Source of the DNA: Octopus bimaculoides
Taxonomy: Eukaryota
Assembly: GCF_001194135.2 (NCBI RefSeq)
Contig: NC_068986.1
Coordinates: 36,164,999-36,228,998, forward strand
Length of the DNA: 64,000 nucleotides
Reading direction: 5' to 3'
The position numbers were made by a program, and so were the translations under genes. Shown piece by piece: positions 14,299-26,739 of this stretch. The notes under the pieces are model-generated. The model was not told the DNA's origin. It searched no databases and saw only the letters and a list, made by a program, of their open reading frames with translations. Numbering within the stretch: position 1 is the first letter of the stretch; the number at the start of each line of letters is the position of its first letter.

Positions 14299-17200
14299 GT
14301 AGGAAAAGAGAGAAACAGATTGAGTGAGCAGAGAAAAAAGAAAAAAAAAACATGTAATTGCATTTAAAAGGAAACAATCATTTGGGGTACACATAATGAA
14401 AGGGAAGTAGATATGAATTCAACATTATTGTTTCAAATACACAACGTAATAACGAAATGTATATGAGCTGGTTAATTATGTTAGAAACAAAACATTTTAA
14501 ACCAATAATTCTATAACAATCAAAGAAGAAGCTAATACACAATTGTATAAAGTGGAATCGGGGAAACATTTTATAGTTTAAATTGCAAAAGTGAATATTT
14601 TCTATTCAGAAGTGTCAACTATAACTTCCAAAATTACCCAACCTGTGTAAAAAATAAAAAGTAAAAAAATCTTGATTAAAATTAATTTTATAATTATTAA
14701 AGTTATAAATATTCATAAAGCTTAACACTTTATCAGTGTAAAGCAGATTTTTCCACTCAAAATTTCATTACCCTTAACTACGAAAGTCAGTTTTATCAAT
14801 CACTCCAACTGTTGTTTGGGAATCACATGGGTATCACTTGCAGAAAATACCCATTTCAGTTTTGGTTGGTAGCTATCATCGTTACTGGTATGATCATGAA
14901 ACTGAATTTTATAGTGAACAGGTCGTTAAAAGAGTATTTGATCTAGAACTGAATTATTATCGATAGGTATGGCTTTCCTGAATAGACGTTTATGTTTAGG
15001 CTTGAATTAATAACCTGATACATTTTTATCAGATATGCATCGTTACAAGTGTGAAACGAATAAATATTTAGATGAAAAGTTATTAAATAAATATCCAAAT
15101 AATTTGAACTGAAACAATGGTACGAAAGAAAATTTAAATGGAAAACACTCGAGTAGTGTTAGTTATAGAAGATAGAAAATAATGTGTGTTTATGTTCTGG
15201 AATTTTAAGTATTCTTGGATTCTACTCGTTTGGTAAATGATTGCATCTGATAAATTGTTGGGCTTCAAATAAAGTAATTCTATTTGTGACATTGATGTTA
15301 AACACATCCAGACATATTTCCTTATATTCTATAATTGAGTTGTAACAAGCAGCGAATTAGTAGTGTAGTTAAAATGCTGGATAGAACGTTTCGCAGATTA
15401 TATTTCGAATTTATGTTCTGAGTTGAAATCCCGCTCTCGCTGAATTTGATTGGTAGACTTAATCTATTATCTAGTTTTACTTCACCACTCAGCATATTGA
15501 GCGATTTTATTGGAGTCCATCCTGATGCCAGCTTAGAGGACGGCGCTCTGGTTTCCTCTAAAATTCTGTAAAACGTCATAAGCTGCACCTTACCACTTGA
15601 CTTAAGAAAACCGATGTGCATTACTTGGCAAAATATCTGCGTCACGTATACACGACTGCTTTACTGTTTAACAAAGTATAAGTTAAAGTTTTACAATGAA
15701 ATTAATGTACAATTGATCAACGGCGTATATTAAATTTTCTTTCACTCTTTATTAATTATGTCTCCATATGAGTTGCAATAAAGGTTTTGATGCATAATTA
15801 CCTACAGACTTGAATTTAATTAGTTAAGTGTGTTTTACGTAGTACAGTTTGTTCAATATATTTTCCCCGCTTCAAATTGTTTGGATAAGTGTTCAATTTT
15901 AAATAGATTAATTAATATTACTAAACAACATTTTAATCGGGGCTACAAATGTAACAATACTATTTAAAGGACCCGATAAATTGTATACCATATTTTCTGT
16001 ATGTTATTCAATACGACACTAAATTTCGCTTTGATCGCATGTAAAGATACATATCTATTGTTTGTTAGTAAATTCTATAAAAAATACTTTTATCGATATG
16101 TTCTGGTGGCAGAACAATACCTTTTTCTCATACCAAAGAGAAATTATTTGAAAGTTTACGCTTTAGTTTCTTTAAGAATTTTACAACAAACTCATTAGCT
16201 ATAGAAACTAAGTTTGTAATTTGTAATAACCATACAAAAAGAAACAAAAATGTTATCTTATTTTTATTAGGATTCGCTAACAATCATTCAAAAGCAATTT
16301 TTAAAAAAAAATAAAGCGAACTGAAATATCATTGGCAACGTCAATTCTCTTATTTTACAAAAGTAATAAAAGAAATTCTGTGCAATTGAATAAATTTATG
16401 TAGTCATTGTTTTGATACATTTGACAATTGTCCATTATTATAATGCTACTTTAATCCTGACGAGTGTCAAGTTACAGTATTGTAATACGTTTACTTTAAA
16501 AACAAACATAAAACAAACATTACAATTAAAATGAATACCGAGACAAATACACTTCACTAGAATGGTGACGCATGTATTCAGAAAATCTTGCACATTATAT
16601 ATATATATAACAAAAAAATTCAATAGCCTAGTGTGAATATTCTAGGAAGTAAATTCATGCACATATTAATAAATAGATTTAAAAGAGATGAAAACAAACG
16701 TGTCAATCTCCGACTGCGTTTACAAGATTTTTTCTCATGCACCTTATCGGTTACACAGTGCTAATGGTATGCAGAAACTTATCGTGTTTATTTCGAACAA
16801 TTCACGATTGTTTTGATAATAATATATGAAATAAACAAACAAAATATAAGTGTAAAATCAACAAATAACTAGGAACTAACAAACAATGGTGCTACAACAG
16901 TGTATGACAAGAAATAGACACAATAAAATGAAGGAATTCATAAATGCGTTATTCTGACTATATGTGAAAGCTGACCGAATAATATTCAGTATAATTTCAA
17001 CTACAATTATTTTTATTGACATAACTTCCTTTTATGTATTTCTCGTAAAAATGGAAATCCTAATTTTATAATAATTTTCTACAATAAAAGAATTACACTT
17101 TCTCTAACAATGATAGAGGTTTTGTTAAATTTCTTAACTTTGTCTTCAAGACTGCCGGATAAATCTTGCAATTAGATATTAATTTGTTTAAATGAATGTG

Positions 17201-17418
17201 TTGTTAAGCAGCTTCTGCAAAAATGGATTTAGTTCAGTATACAAAAGGGATAAACCAAATAAGACACTGGATTAAGAAAAGCTGCAGAATTGTTTGATAG
17301 AAGGCATTATGTTCTGTGTTAGTGAAAACAATGCATTTTTGCATTACATTAAATGTCAACCTAAGAAACAGTTAGATGACATAATACCAGATCGACAACC
17401 AAAAGAATGAAGAAATTA

Positions 17419-17469
17419 GCGCGCGCGCGCACACACGCATGCACACACACACACACACACATACACACA
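17419..17469. repeat. (GC)n(CA)n alternating purine-pyrimidine tract
   Basis: Direct reading. Z-DNA propensity of such tracts is established knowledge. Confidence 0.9.
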
Positions 17470-17500
17470 GAAGTGTATACACTTGAGGTGAATACATAAT

Positions 17501-17539
17501 ATTAACCCGGTATTTAAATCAAGCAAATACCGGGTTAAT
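17501..17539. other. Perfect 15-bp inverted repeat with 9-nt spacer
   Basis: ATTAACCCGGTATTT (17501-15), aaatcaagc, AAATACCGGGTTAAT (17525-39). Confidence 0.95.
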
Positions 17540-18349
17540 GCATTTGATATCTGCTCTACACGAGTCAGTTCATGCAACAGGTGATATCTTCGTGTTCGTT
17601 TTTTTTTATGGAGGGTTTTTGGTAGACAAAAGTAATAGGTTTCTTAAGAAAATTCAGGATGTCAATTAAATTCAACTGGCTGGTGTATTTCGGAAGATAT
17701 TCATGTCGAGTTGGCAAGGTAACGGGTCCATTCTGCATGCACTACTCCAGTGTTTGAGAAAGATTAAATTACGGAGATGAGTTGAGGTCACGTTTAAAAC
17801 GGAATCGGTTATCACCTGAGTCGATTGCGAAGACTGTCCTGCCATCTTCCGTTGACTGGAAAGGCTGAGCAGTCTTCCTGTTCGCTGGTTGTAGCGAAAT
17901 AGGTTTTGCGTTGGATGTGATTTTAGAGCTGAAAACATGCACCTTTCACTTGGCCAAGGGATCATCAGCTATTTTAGGTTTCACTTGAAAAGGAAAATGG
18001 GTGTGGACGAGAGAGGCGAAAAATGGATGTTACAAAGGGATGTGCCTGCTCTGAGCATGCGCCTATAGATTGCTGGAAGATGTGTCGGAAAGTGAACTAG
18101 ATTAAGTGGTCAGAGCAACAGGAGTTTTTGTAAGGTTTCCATGAATATACCCCGCCAGTCAACCCCAATTCTGGACAATAATTTTTTGTGCAGCTATTTG
18201 CTTTAAAGAGTTTTTTATGTGCTAGATCTCTTTCTCGACTCGTGTGTGGTAAATGAAGAAACTGAAATTTTGAAATTGAAGACATTTAAAAAAAATTCTT
18301 TTACGATTTATTAAGTAAAGAAAAAAAATCAATGTAGGAAGATTGAGAG

Positions 18350-18440
18350 AGAGATCGAGGGTCGTGGAGCCGCAAAGCGTGCAGCACCGTCGGCCGAGCG
18401 CACTGGTTGTCGGGCGGGTGCCAGCTGGATGAGAATTGCG
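18350..18440. promoter_or_regulatory. CpG-rich promoter-like patch
   Basis: 11 CpG in about 86 bp within otherwise AT-rich DNA; GC box GGGCGG (18412-17); E-box CAGCTG (18422-27); not part of a recognised repeat. Function is inferred only. Confidence 0.45.
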
Positions 18441-18647
18441 CTTTTGGTTTTTCTTTTATATTTGTACAAGCTGAAGCCAAGTCTCACCCAGGGACATGAA
18501 GAGACAATAAGTTAGACGTTTAAGTTGGTGTCATGACTAGGGTGCCATATTTTTGGTTTTGCACAAGTTATTTTTCTAGAAAATGTCTGCAAAAACATAA
18601 GAAAATTACAAGTTTGTTCTAAAAGTAATTTGATTATGAAATGATGT

Positions 18648-18923
18648 GGAGGCGCAATGGCCCAGTGGTTAGGGCAGCGGAATCATGGTCATAGGATCGC
18701 GGTTTCGATTCCCAGACCGGGCGCTGTGTGTGCTTATTGAGCAAAAACACCTAAAGCTCCACGAGGCTCCGGCAGGGGATGGTGGCGAACCCTGCTGTAC
18801 TCTTTTACCACAACTTTCTCTCACTCTTACTTCCTGTTTCTGTTGTGCCTGTAATTCAAAGGGTCAGCCTTGTCACACTGCGTCACGCTGAATATCCCTG
18901 AGAACTACGTTAAGGGTACACGT
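18648..18923 (+). mobile_element. SINE family B (tRNA-derived head), 3'-truncated
   Basis: A-box TGGCCCAGTGG, B-box-like GGTTTCGATTCC. Colinear with the 61339-61721 copy but stops at TAAGGGTACACGT, missing about 100 nt of tail. Confidence 0.92.
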
Positions 18924-19734
18924 CATCGGGACTAAGTATAACATAGAATCGAATATACAATTTCGTGTACGATTTTTGAGTATTTAACGACACAATTTCG
19001 TCACTATATGATTAACGATTGCCTTCTATTGATAGGAAGCAATTTATAAAAATAGCGAATGTTTCCTTATTAAGTAAATCTATTATATTCTGCTTTCAAT
19101 ATATAAGGTATATCTTATTTAACACAACAAAGCCATTAACGTTCCGAAGTCCTACATGCTTATTTTTTTGAATTGTTTATATAAATTTACATGAAGTTTC
19201 TTAACTCATAAGTTTAGCTGAAAACAATTTAGGTTCTAACGTTTCTATGAAATGTTTTGTCATTTAAATGAAAAATTCAACTACTGCATCATAGATATTA
19301 AATAATGCATGTTTACTCACGGCATGCGACTCTACTTTGAATAAATGGAAATAGGCGATATATCTCTTTATTTGAAACTTCTTTAAAAGAGAAAATAACG
19401 ACGCATATAGGCATGCACTGAGCTGTATATGATCGAATTAACATAAGCGTTTGGTGGTAAGAACAAGAAAACATTGCAAATAGAAACAATACGCCAGGCA
19501 TAGCACCACAATATCTTTGAATCTCTAAGTACACGAATAAGGATCTCCAATTACTTATCAACTCATCAACAAAAGCAACTCAATTGGTGGTGGTGATGGT
19601 GATGATATAAGATTTGGGATGAAACGCTCAAACTATTCTGGAATAAAGACAATGGTTATGAAATGTGCAGCTTGGGTTATAATTAAGGAATATTTGTTCA
19701 AAGTTTTATATATTTTAGGGCAGAACATTTAAGA

Positions 19735-19860
19735 CGCCGTCTAGCTTATTGCCAAGCCCACTCGTTCTCAGGAACACAATGGCTCACTCGGTCCAGGGAT
19801 CGAAACCACAAACTTACAGTCGTAAATCTAATCGCTAACAACTATGCAACGCATCTCCAC
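19735..19860 (-). mobile_element. Degenerate tRNA-derived SINE head
   Basis: Minus strand GTGGAGATGCGTTGCATAGTTGTTAG...GTGGTTTCGATCCCTGGACCG parallels the family B head. Confidence 0.6.
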
Positions 19861-20835
19861 TAATGCAAGCATTAAAACCAGATGCTAATTCACTCTACAT
19901 CGACATATTTCCTTGAGGTGTGACCTGAAGAAGTGGCATTAGCTGTAATAGTGCCGCAAGTCTCTCAGTGTCTGCTCTACAGGTAATTGAAAAAGCTCCT
20001 CACTGACTAAATTAGAGCAAGAATTGTCACATGCTGTTCTGAATAAAAAAATTTCTATATAAAGAAACTAGAATTTTTTGTAACGTTTAGAGAAGACAGA
20101 AGTTAGGACATGTCACCTTTTACGGGTTCTTCGAGACTCGTGGAGGGAAGAGAGGAAGCCATCTTCATATTAGAAACCTGACCAGATGCTTGCAGCGCAA
20201 AAACACCTAAGGAACAAATGGGCGTGTTAAGCAGAGCAACATACTCTATTTACCAGTCTATAAACAAAATATGGAACTAAATTTGTAAAATAGCTCCATA
20301 TTGGTTCATAATATATTGAACCTTATAAAGCAATTTCAATAACTCTACCTCTAAAGAATCGGAAAAACATCCGACAAAATGCTGAAAGGCATATGGTTAG
20401 GTTCCTTAACTTCTCATAACGAATAATACTACAACTAACCTTGAATTTTATGCTTTGTGAATCGATAATATGAGATACAGTGAAATAAATGAATTTATAT
20501 AAACGGCTATGTCCTCCGCTACAAATAAAATGTTACGTTAGAAATTAATTCATTCTCTCTGGTTGAAAATCCCCAAGATTTCTCTCTCAAATCAATGCTA
20601 TTGGCAGATTTTCGTATTTGACGCAATGGTGGCAATAGCTTTTATTATCGCTAAAATAAAACATGTTGTAGAAAAGATGCAGCAATTAAAGAGATTTGAG
20701 GATGTCCCAATATGAACATGAAATTGTTAATCACATACATATTAAAGGCTATTCTATTTCACTTTCCCTGATTATTTTTACTAAAATCCATATTGATATT
20801 GCATTTATCCAATTCCATCTACGAACGAATGCATA

Positions 20836-20870
<35 letters not shown>

Positions 20871-20872
<2 letters not shown>

Positions 20873-21287
20873 TGTCATACCTTGATACTGTGAGAACTAA
20901 GATCCCCGTTCACAGGCCCCTGGTATTTATAGAGTGTTAGATACTTTCGGTATGCAAATTAGGGACTCCTTCATCGAGTAACTGCTGCATTTTTTTAGTA
21001 TTTAAACTGATTGAGTACTTGGTCCTCTGGAGACTGTCAGAATGATGTAAACGCCTCTGATGAGAACCCAGAAAGGTTCGAAAATCGATTAAGGTTGTTC
21101 ATCTACGGACAAATGGCTAAAATGTACCCTGCTCATAATTATACCATATTGAAAATCCTACACGACTAGGTGAAAAGCGCTTTATTTAATATGTGACATT
21201 AATAAAAATCTGTAAATGTACAAACATCCAGATTTCTGAGTACCTTAATTTTTTTCTATATAATTTCTGTACATCACCTCCAAATCT

Positions 21288-21291
<4 letters not shown>
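20871..21291 (+). mobile_element. Penelope-like (pLTR-type) non-coding cassette carrying HHR1, between two (TA)n tracts
   Basis: About 420 bp of unique sequence containing HHR1 and an AATAAA downstream, bounded by (TA)n at 20833-20870 and 21292-21377. PLE assignment is inferred from the ribozyme architecture; no RT or GIY-YIG ORF is seen. Confidence 0.55.
21044..21103 (+). ncRNA. Minimal type-I hammerhead ribozyme motif (HHR1), intact core
   Basis: CTGATGA (21057-63); stem II GAACC/cagaaa/GGTTC; GAAA (21080-83); palindromic stem III AATCGATT (21083-90); cleavage triplet UUA (H17=21091); stem I gcct/aggt with further aac/gtt and gatg/catc pairing. Confidence 0.85.

Positions 21292-21377
<86 letters not shown>
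21292..21377. repeat. (TA)n microsatellite
   Basis: Direct reading. Confidence 0.97.
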
Positions 21378-21379
<2 letters not shown>

Positions 21380-22311
21380 TGAGAGAGAGTTGGCACGTTT
21401 ACCAACTTTTCTTGGACATATCATAGATAAAAGTGAAGGCACTCGTGCTATATCATCTTATTTTCATTGAGATATTTTGATATTTAAACCCTCACCCAAC
21501 CCCGCCGCTTCCCAGTGGTATATATTTAGTTGCACAGAAGGTGAATGATACACGTCTGAAAGGACAGAACAAATGAATTAGCACAAATATGTCTGAAATT
21601 GAAATGCACGCAAGGCATAAACAAATGTTTTTGCATGCACATTATCTTTGTGTGGTTGAGCATGTGTGCTTTTGAGTCTGTTGTGTAGGCACAGATATAT
21701 AAAGGAATACGTGCATACTGGAACACTGTTGAACAACCAGGTGTAGCTTAGCAGCTGAAATCCATAAGTGAAATTCTTGTAGTTAAGTGGAAAGTAAGAA
21801 TGCATATGCATCTTTCCTCCAGCTACTTATCATAACATTAAACACACTGAATGTTGTGACTAAATATATTTGCTACATAACACACCGTTTACTTCAACAA
21901 GGTTTCTAACGACATTTGCGTGTCCGCTTGTCGTTCGTGTTAATATCTCATAATATCTCGGGTCTGTAGGGATCAGAAAGAAGATATTGATCTACTACTC
22001 GCTTATTGTTTTGTCGGATTTCTGACAAGGAATATTTTAAGGGGTTTCTTAAGAGTGAGAAGCGACATTCTGGGAGAAAAAGTTTGCTCTAATGATGAAT
22101 ACAGTTGTTGTGTAGAGCTGGAGAATGTTATACTAGTCTTGTTTGTTTTGTATGTTACTGCAGATAAGCTAGGTCCCTGTTATACATAAACACTACATTT
22201 CCCAGAAATAAAAAAGAACTGAATGAATATATAATATCAGTTAGAGGGCCACATGTTCATTTTAACTCCTGGTCAGATTCTTGTGCCTACGTGAAAGAGA
22301 AACACACAGAT

Positions 22312-22313
<2 letters not shown>

Positions 22314-22380
<67 letters not shown>

Positions 22381-22383
22381 GAG
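22314..22383. repeat. (GA)n microsatellite
   Basis: Direct reading. Confidence 0.97.
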
Positions 22384-23754
22384 GGTGCTGGAGAGGGGGG
22401 CGGAGAACCTTGTGATAAGTAGGAGCATAGGGTATTGAAAGTAATTCTTACACACCAGCATTACACGCTGGAACGAAAACGGTGTATAAAAATATATCGA
22501 GTTTGAAATAACCATTAAGACAATACCAAGACATACGACTAATGTTTTGTAAGATTTTTGTGAAGACATCTTTAAAGCGAACCTCTAAGAAAACAACAGC
22601 AGGATATTGGACGCACATTTTTTTCTAACAATAAATGAAAAATATACGTACCTAGTGATGAATGAGTTGATGCTGGGATGATTGTTTTTCTTTCGTTTTA
22701 CAATCAAATTGTATTATTTACGTTGGCCAAAATTTATATTAATATACTTTAAAGATAGTATATTTAGTGCCAAGTCACAACTTCATATACATATATTGAA
22801 AACCAATGTTTTAGGCGTTCTGTGAAACAGTCGCATGATTTTCAGATTTATTCAACGGAAAAGATAAGTGTTCATTGCAAGTATAGCCAACATTACAGAG
22901 CGGTTGTTTCCTTATACTATACGCCTTCGATAAATTATCTTAATCTTTTGCTAAACCATCATTTAATTTATTTCACTCTATACTGGTGCTCAACAATAAA
23001 GCAAGGCCACTTACGGTTTTGAGAACAATCTCTGAATTTAGCATGTTGGGAGGCTAATATTCTATAGTGGATGTCAGGATCGAATGTTTTCTTATAATAC
23101 AACCTTGTTGAATTAGCTGTAAATATAATCCTATATCACTTCATCCAACCGCCTGTTGGTTAAAAATTGCGCAGTAAACTCTCACTCTTACTCCTTTCTA
23201 GCTGATGCTTGCCTAGGATGATACTTTTATGTGAACTGAGAACAGATTAAAATTGTATCTATGCATTTTATAGCGTGGGTTTGAGCTTGAAATTGGACAA
23301 TAGCTCTTCAGATAAAAGCTACTTTTGCACCAGACTATTTTCCTACCAAATCGAGCCACCGTCTTATACTTATGTCTAGTGTTAAAGAAGTGATAAGGCA
23401 CATTTTATAGATCATTTTCTTTCTGATGTCTGTAGCCAATAACATTTACGATTGATGTGTGATTTTTCTTGTACATGTTATGTCCTGATCTTTCCTAGAA
23501 ATTTCTGATGACGTCAGAATCATATTAAAGTTGAAACATAAATGTATACTTTGCAGTTGCTTATAAATAAACTGAGACATGATTCAGCTTTAGCAGGTGT
23601 AAATGTACAAAATGAATGTATCGCCAATATCGTATCAGACATTTAACAATACGGAGACAAATATTAGATCTTCTATTTCAAATTTATTCCAAATATAAAT
23701 CATACTCCACAAATGTAGACCAATCTACAGATGCTAACAGAATACACCACACAC

Positions 23755-23758
<4 letters not shown>

Positions 23759-23852
<94 letters not shown>

Positions 23853-23862
23853 TATATATATA
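23759..23862. repeat. (CA)n(TA)n microsatellite
   Basis: Direct reading. Confidence 0.97.
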
Positions 23863-24029
23863 TAGTACATATGTAGATAGGTTGAATATATGTATACATA
23901 TATCTACATGCATGTATTCACACACGCGAAGAATACTATGTACTATATACATACGCACACACATACATACGAACACAGTAGGTGCGTAGGTAAGTATGTA
24001 TGTATGTGTGCATGTAAATATATATTATA

Positions 24030-24452
24030 GACTCAGTCAGACTGCAGCGTTACTAGGGTACCCATTTGGAGCATTTAGTCGAACTAATTGCTCTCCAGCA
24101 ATTATGATATTGTTTTTTTTTTCCATTTTTCGCAATCTGGTACTTATTCCATCGGTACTTATTCTGACACCAAGCTATGAAGACTTAAACAAGCGAACAC
24201 CGTTTGTCTAGTGGTGGTGGGGAGAAACACATACACACACACACACGCACATACATACATACATACATACATACATACATACATACATACATGCATACAT
24301 ACGAGCTACTTTCCATTTCCGTCGACCGTATCCACTGAAAATGCTTCAGTTTGTGCGGTGTTAGAGTTGAATGTACTTGCCTTAAGTGCCGTGCAGTTGG
24401 ACTGAACCCGGAACTATGTATCCGAGAAGATAATTTCTTACCACATAGCCAC
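24030..24452 (-). mobile_element. SINE family C (tRNA head, CORE-like block, internal microsatellite)
   Basis: Head GTGGCTATGTGGTAAGAA...TTCCGGGTTCAGTCC, internal (CA)/(CATA)n, colinear with the 42615 and 52313 copies. Confidence 0.8.
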
Positions 24453-25423
24453 CTCTGTCTGTCTGTATCTCTTTCCTTCTCTTCCCCCCCCCCACACACG
24501 CACACACGCATAGCATACGCGTACGTAGAAATATACATATGGGGCAGGCTTGGTTTACATATTTCACTGAGGAATTCTTTCATGTCTCGTCTACCATTAA
24601 ATATCACTATAATATATATTCATATTCACGAGTTTGAGTGCTTTTATGCGATTACCCGACCTGCTTGAATTTGCAAACAAGTCTCAATAATTCATGCGTA
24701 TATTTCGATATATGTTATCCAGAAACACACAACATAGCTATGAAAACAGAATCTTGATGAGGAACGGTGTTTTAGAGAAATTATTTAAGTTTAATATAAA
24801 TACAAAAATTGCATAATACATGCACTCATGTTGCAGAATAGGAAATAAAATATTTTAAAAATAAACTATTATTTTATTTAATTTTGAAATTGTTCTCTCT
24901 TACCACGGGTGAAAAATAATGACATCCAGAAAAGAATTTTACTACCTCACTACTTCTTTATTCTTAATGGCAGGTCTCTTGCGTCTACTACTATACTTAT
25001 TGTTAGAAATTATGTGTGGTTAGTGGCAGGCATTTGGCGTTTACATCTATAATTTTGAAAATTCTGTGAGGGGGTGGCGGGGGCGTGTGGATATTTGCAA
25101 ATATACAAACCAAAAGGCAGCTATGGTGTTGCTTATCTTAAAATCTGAAGTATCAGGAACTAATTAATTACAAGGAATTCATATAAGTAAAATAAAATTT
25201 TAAAAAAAACAGCTGTCAGAAATAATTAGAACTAGTAATCCGGGATTATAAATTATAACAGGTAAAGTCACAGTGAGACTAAGACTACAAGTAATCTTAA
25301 ATTATAGACACACATCATCGGTACAAGTACAATAGAAGGCTAAGATATGATTATTAAATAGGGTGGTAATGTAGATTACACAAGTAGTAAGTGAAGAAGA
25401 TAAACCTAAAACAATATCAGATT

Positions 25424-25791
25424 AAAACCCTGTGGGAGGATTTGGTCGACGGAAACTGAAACAAGTCCGGCGTGTGTGTGTGATTGTGTGTTCGCATTTG
25501 TGTGTATGTGTTTGTGTGCTTGTGTGTGTGTGTGTGTGTTTGTTTGTGTGTATATGTATGTGTGTGTATATATACGTATGTGTGTGTGTGCACGTCTCTG
25601 TGTGTATGTGTATGTGTATGTGTGCGTGCGTGTTAGTTTGTTTAGTTTCTTGTAACTTAGTGGATTGACAAAAGAAACTGATAGAATAACTACCGGGTTC
25701 AAAAATAAATATGTGGCTCTTTTTATTCGATTAAAACCCTTTGAGGTGCAGCCTCAGCATGGCATTAGTTCAATGAATGAAACAGGTAAAA
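25424..25791 (+). mobile_element. SINE family C, 5'-truncated, expanded internal (GT)n
   Basis: GGATTTGGTCGACGGAAACTGAAA, (GT)-rich block, GATAGAATAACTAC, tail GAATGAAACAGGTAAAA. Confidence 0.8.
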
Positions 25792-26590
25792 ACGAAAAAA
25801 TAAAAGATCACATGATATCTATAGAATACAGGTGGTTGAAAATTCACACTTAAAAATCTGGAGCCTGTATATGGTCACTCATCCAGTAAGAAACGTCAGC
25901 TAACCACCCCTTAATCAATACCTTATCATTGTAAATAATTGAATGATACATTAGGTACTCCGGAATAAACAGAATTGTCGTGATTTTAAAGCTGTTGATT
26001 ATAGGTCTGCTTGATCATTTAATCCTGAAATTTCCGAAATTCATAAAGATTTGAAAAAAAAAATCGAAATAAATCAATATTTGAAGGCTAATGAACAGCA
26101 TAAATGATATGTTATAAGAATTATATCAATACCTATATGACCTTTCCCATGACCAAGTGCAAATATGTTATGAAAATTATACTTTTTACAACAATGATTT
26201 TTCACTGCTTAAATGTTCTCAGTGACATCAAAATTGTTGTTCCTTTATTGACATTTGGAAATAACATTTTAAGAGATGTCTATTAGATTTATGATTTTAT
26301 ATTTTATATTTTCGAAGTGGTACATATTTTTCTTGAATTTATTAACGAATTTTCAGGTTTTTTGTCTCTACTTAGTTAAGACAGAAGCTGTCACGTCTTT
26401 CCAGTGACCTTTTAAGAACTAACAAAATAATAATATAAATAACATACGCAAGTAACAAAAAAGTGCTTATTTCCATAATAATAACTATGAACTTAGAAAA
26501 TAAAGAACCAGCAGAAATGCCGCTTAGCATTTTTGTCTGAGAGGTTAAATATTCTGCAAATTTTCCGCCCTACTAATAATGGTAAAACAA

Positions 26591-26739
26591 AGTCGATTAC
26601 ATGGATCCCAATCCTGAGCGGTACTTCATCGATCCGAGAGAAGGAAAGGCATAATCGACGCCGGCAGAATTTGAACACACACGAAATGCCATTAAGGATT
26701 TTACCCGCTGTGCTAAGGATTCAGCCAGGTCACAGCCTT
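26591..26739 (-). mobile_element. SINE family A, diverged copy
   Basis: Retains AGTCGAT, GGTACTT, ATCGA, GAAAGGCA and GAATTTGAAC landmarks in the family order. Confidence 0.65.

Noticed and set aside
17672-17965. 97-aa minus ORF (MIPWPSERC...)
   Set aside because: No recognisable motif; length is within chance for locally GC-richer DNA.
18648-18722. tRNA-like sequence (also 61645-61721)
   Set aside because: It is a SINE head; the acceptor stem does not close and it runs into the SINE body.
19921-19970. CTGAAGA with a GGCA../..TGCC stem
   Set aside because: GCAA replaces GAAA and there is no valid NUH triplet or stem I.
23501-23552. CTGATGA...GAAACATAAATGTA and a TGACGTCA CRE at 23509-16 (second CRE at 34995-35002)
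   Set aside because: No stem I or II for a ribozyme; one or two CRE octamers in 64 kb is near chance expectation.
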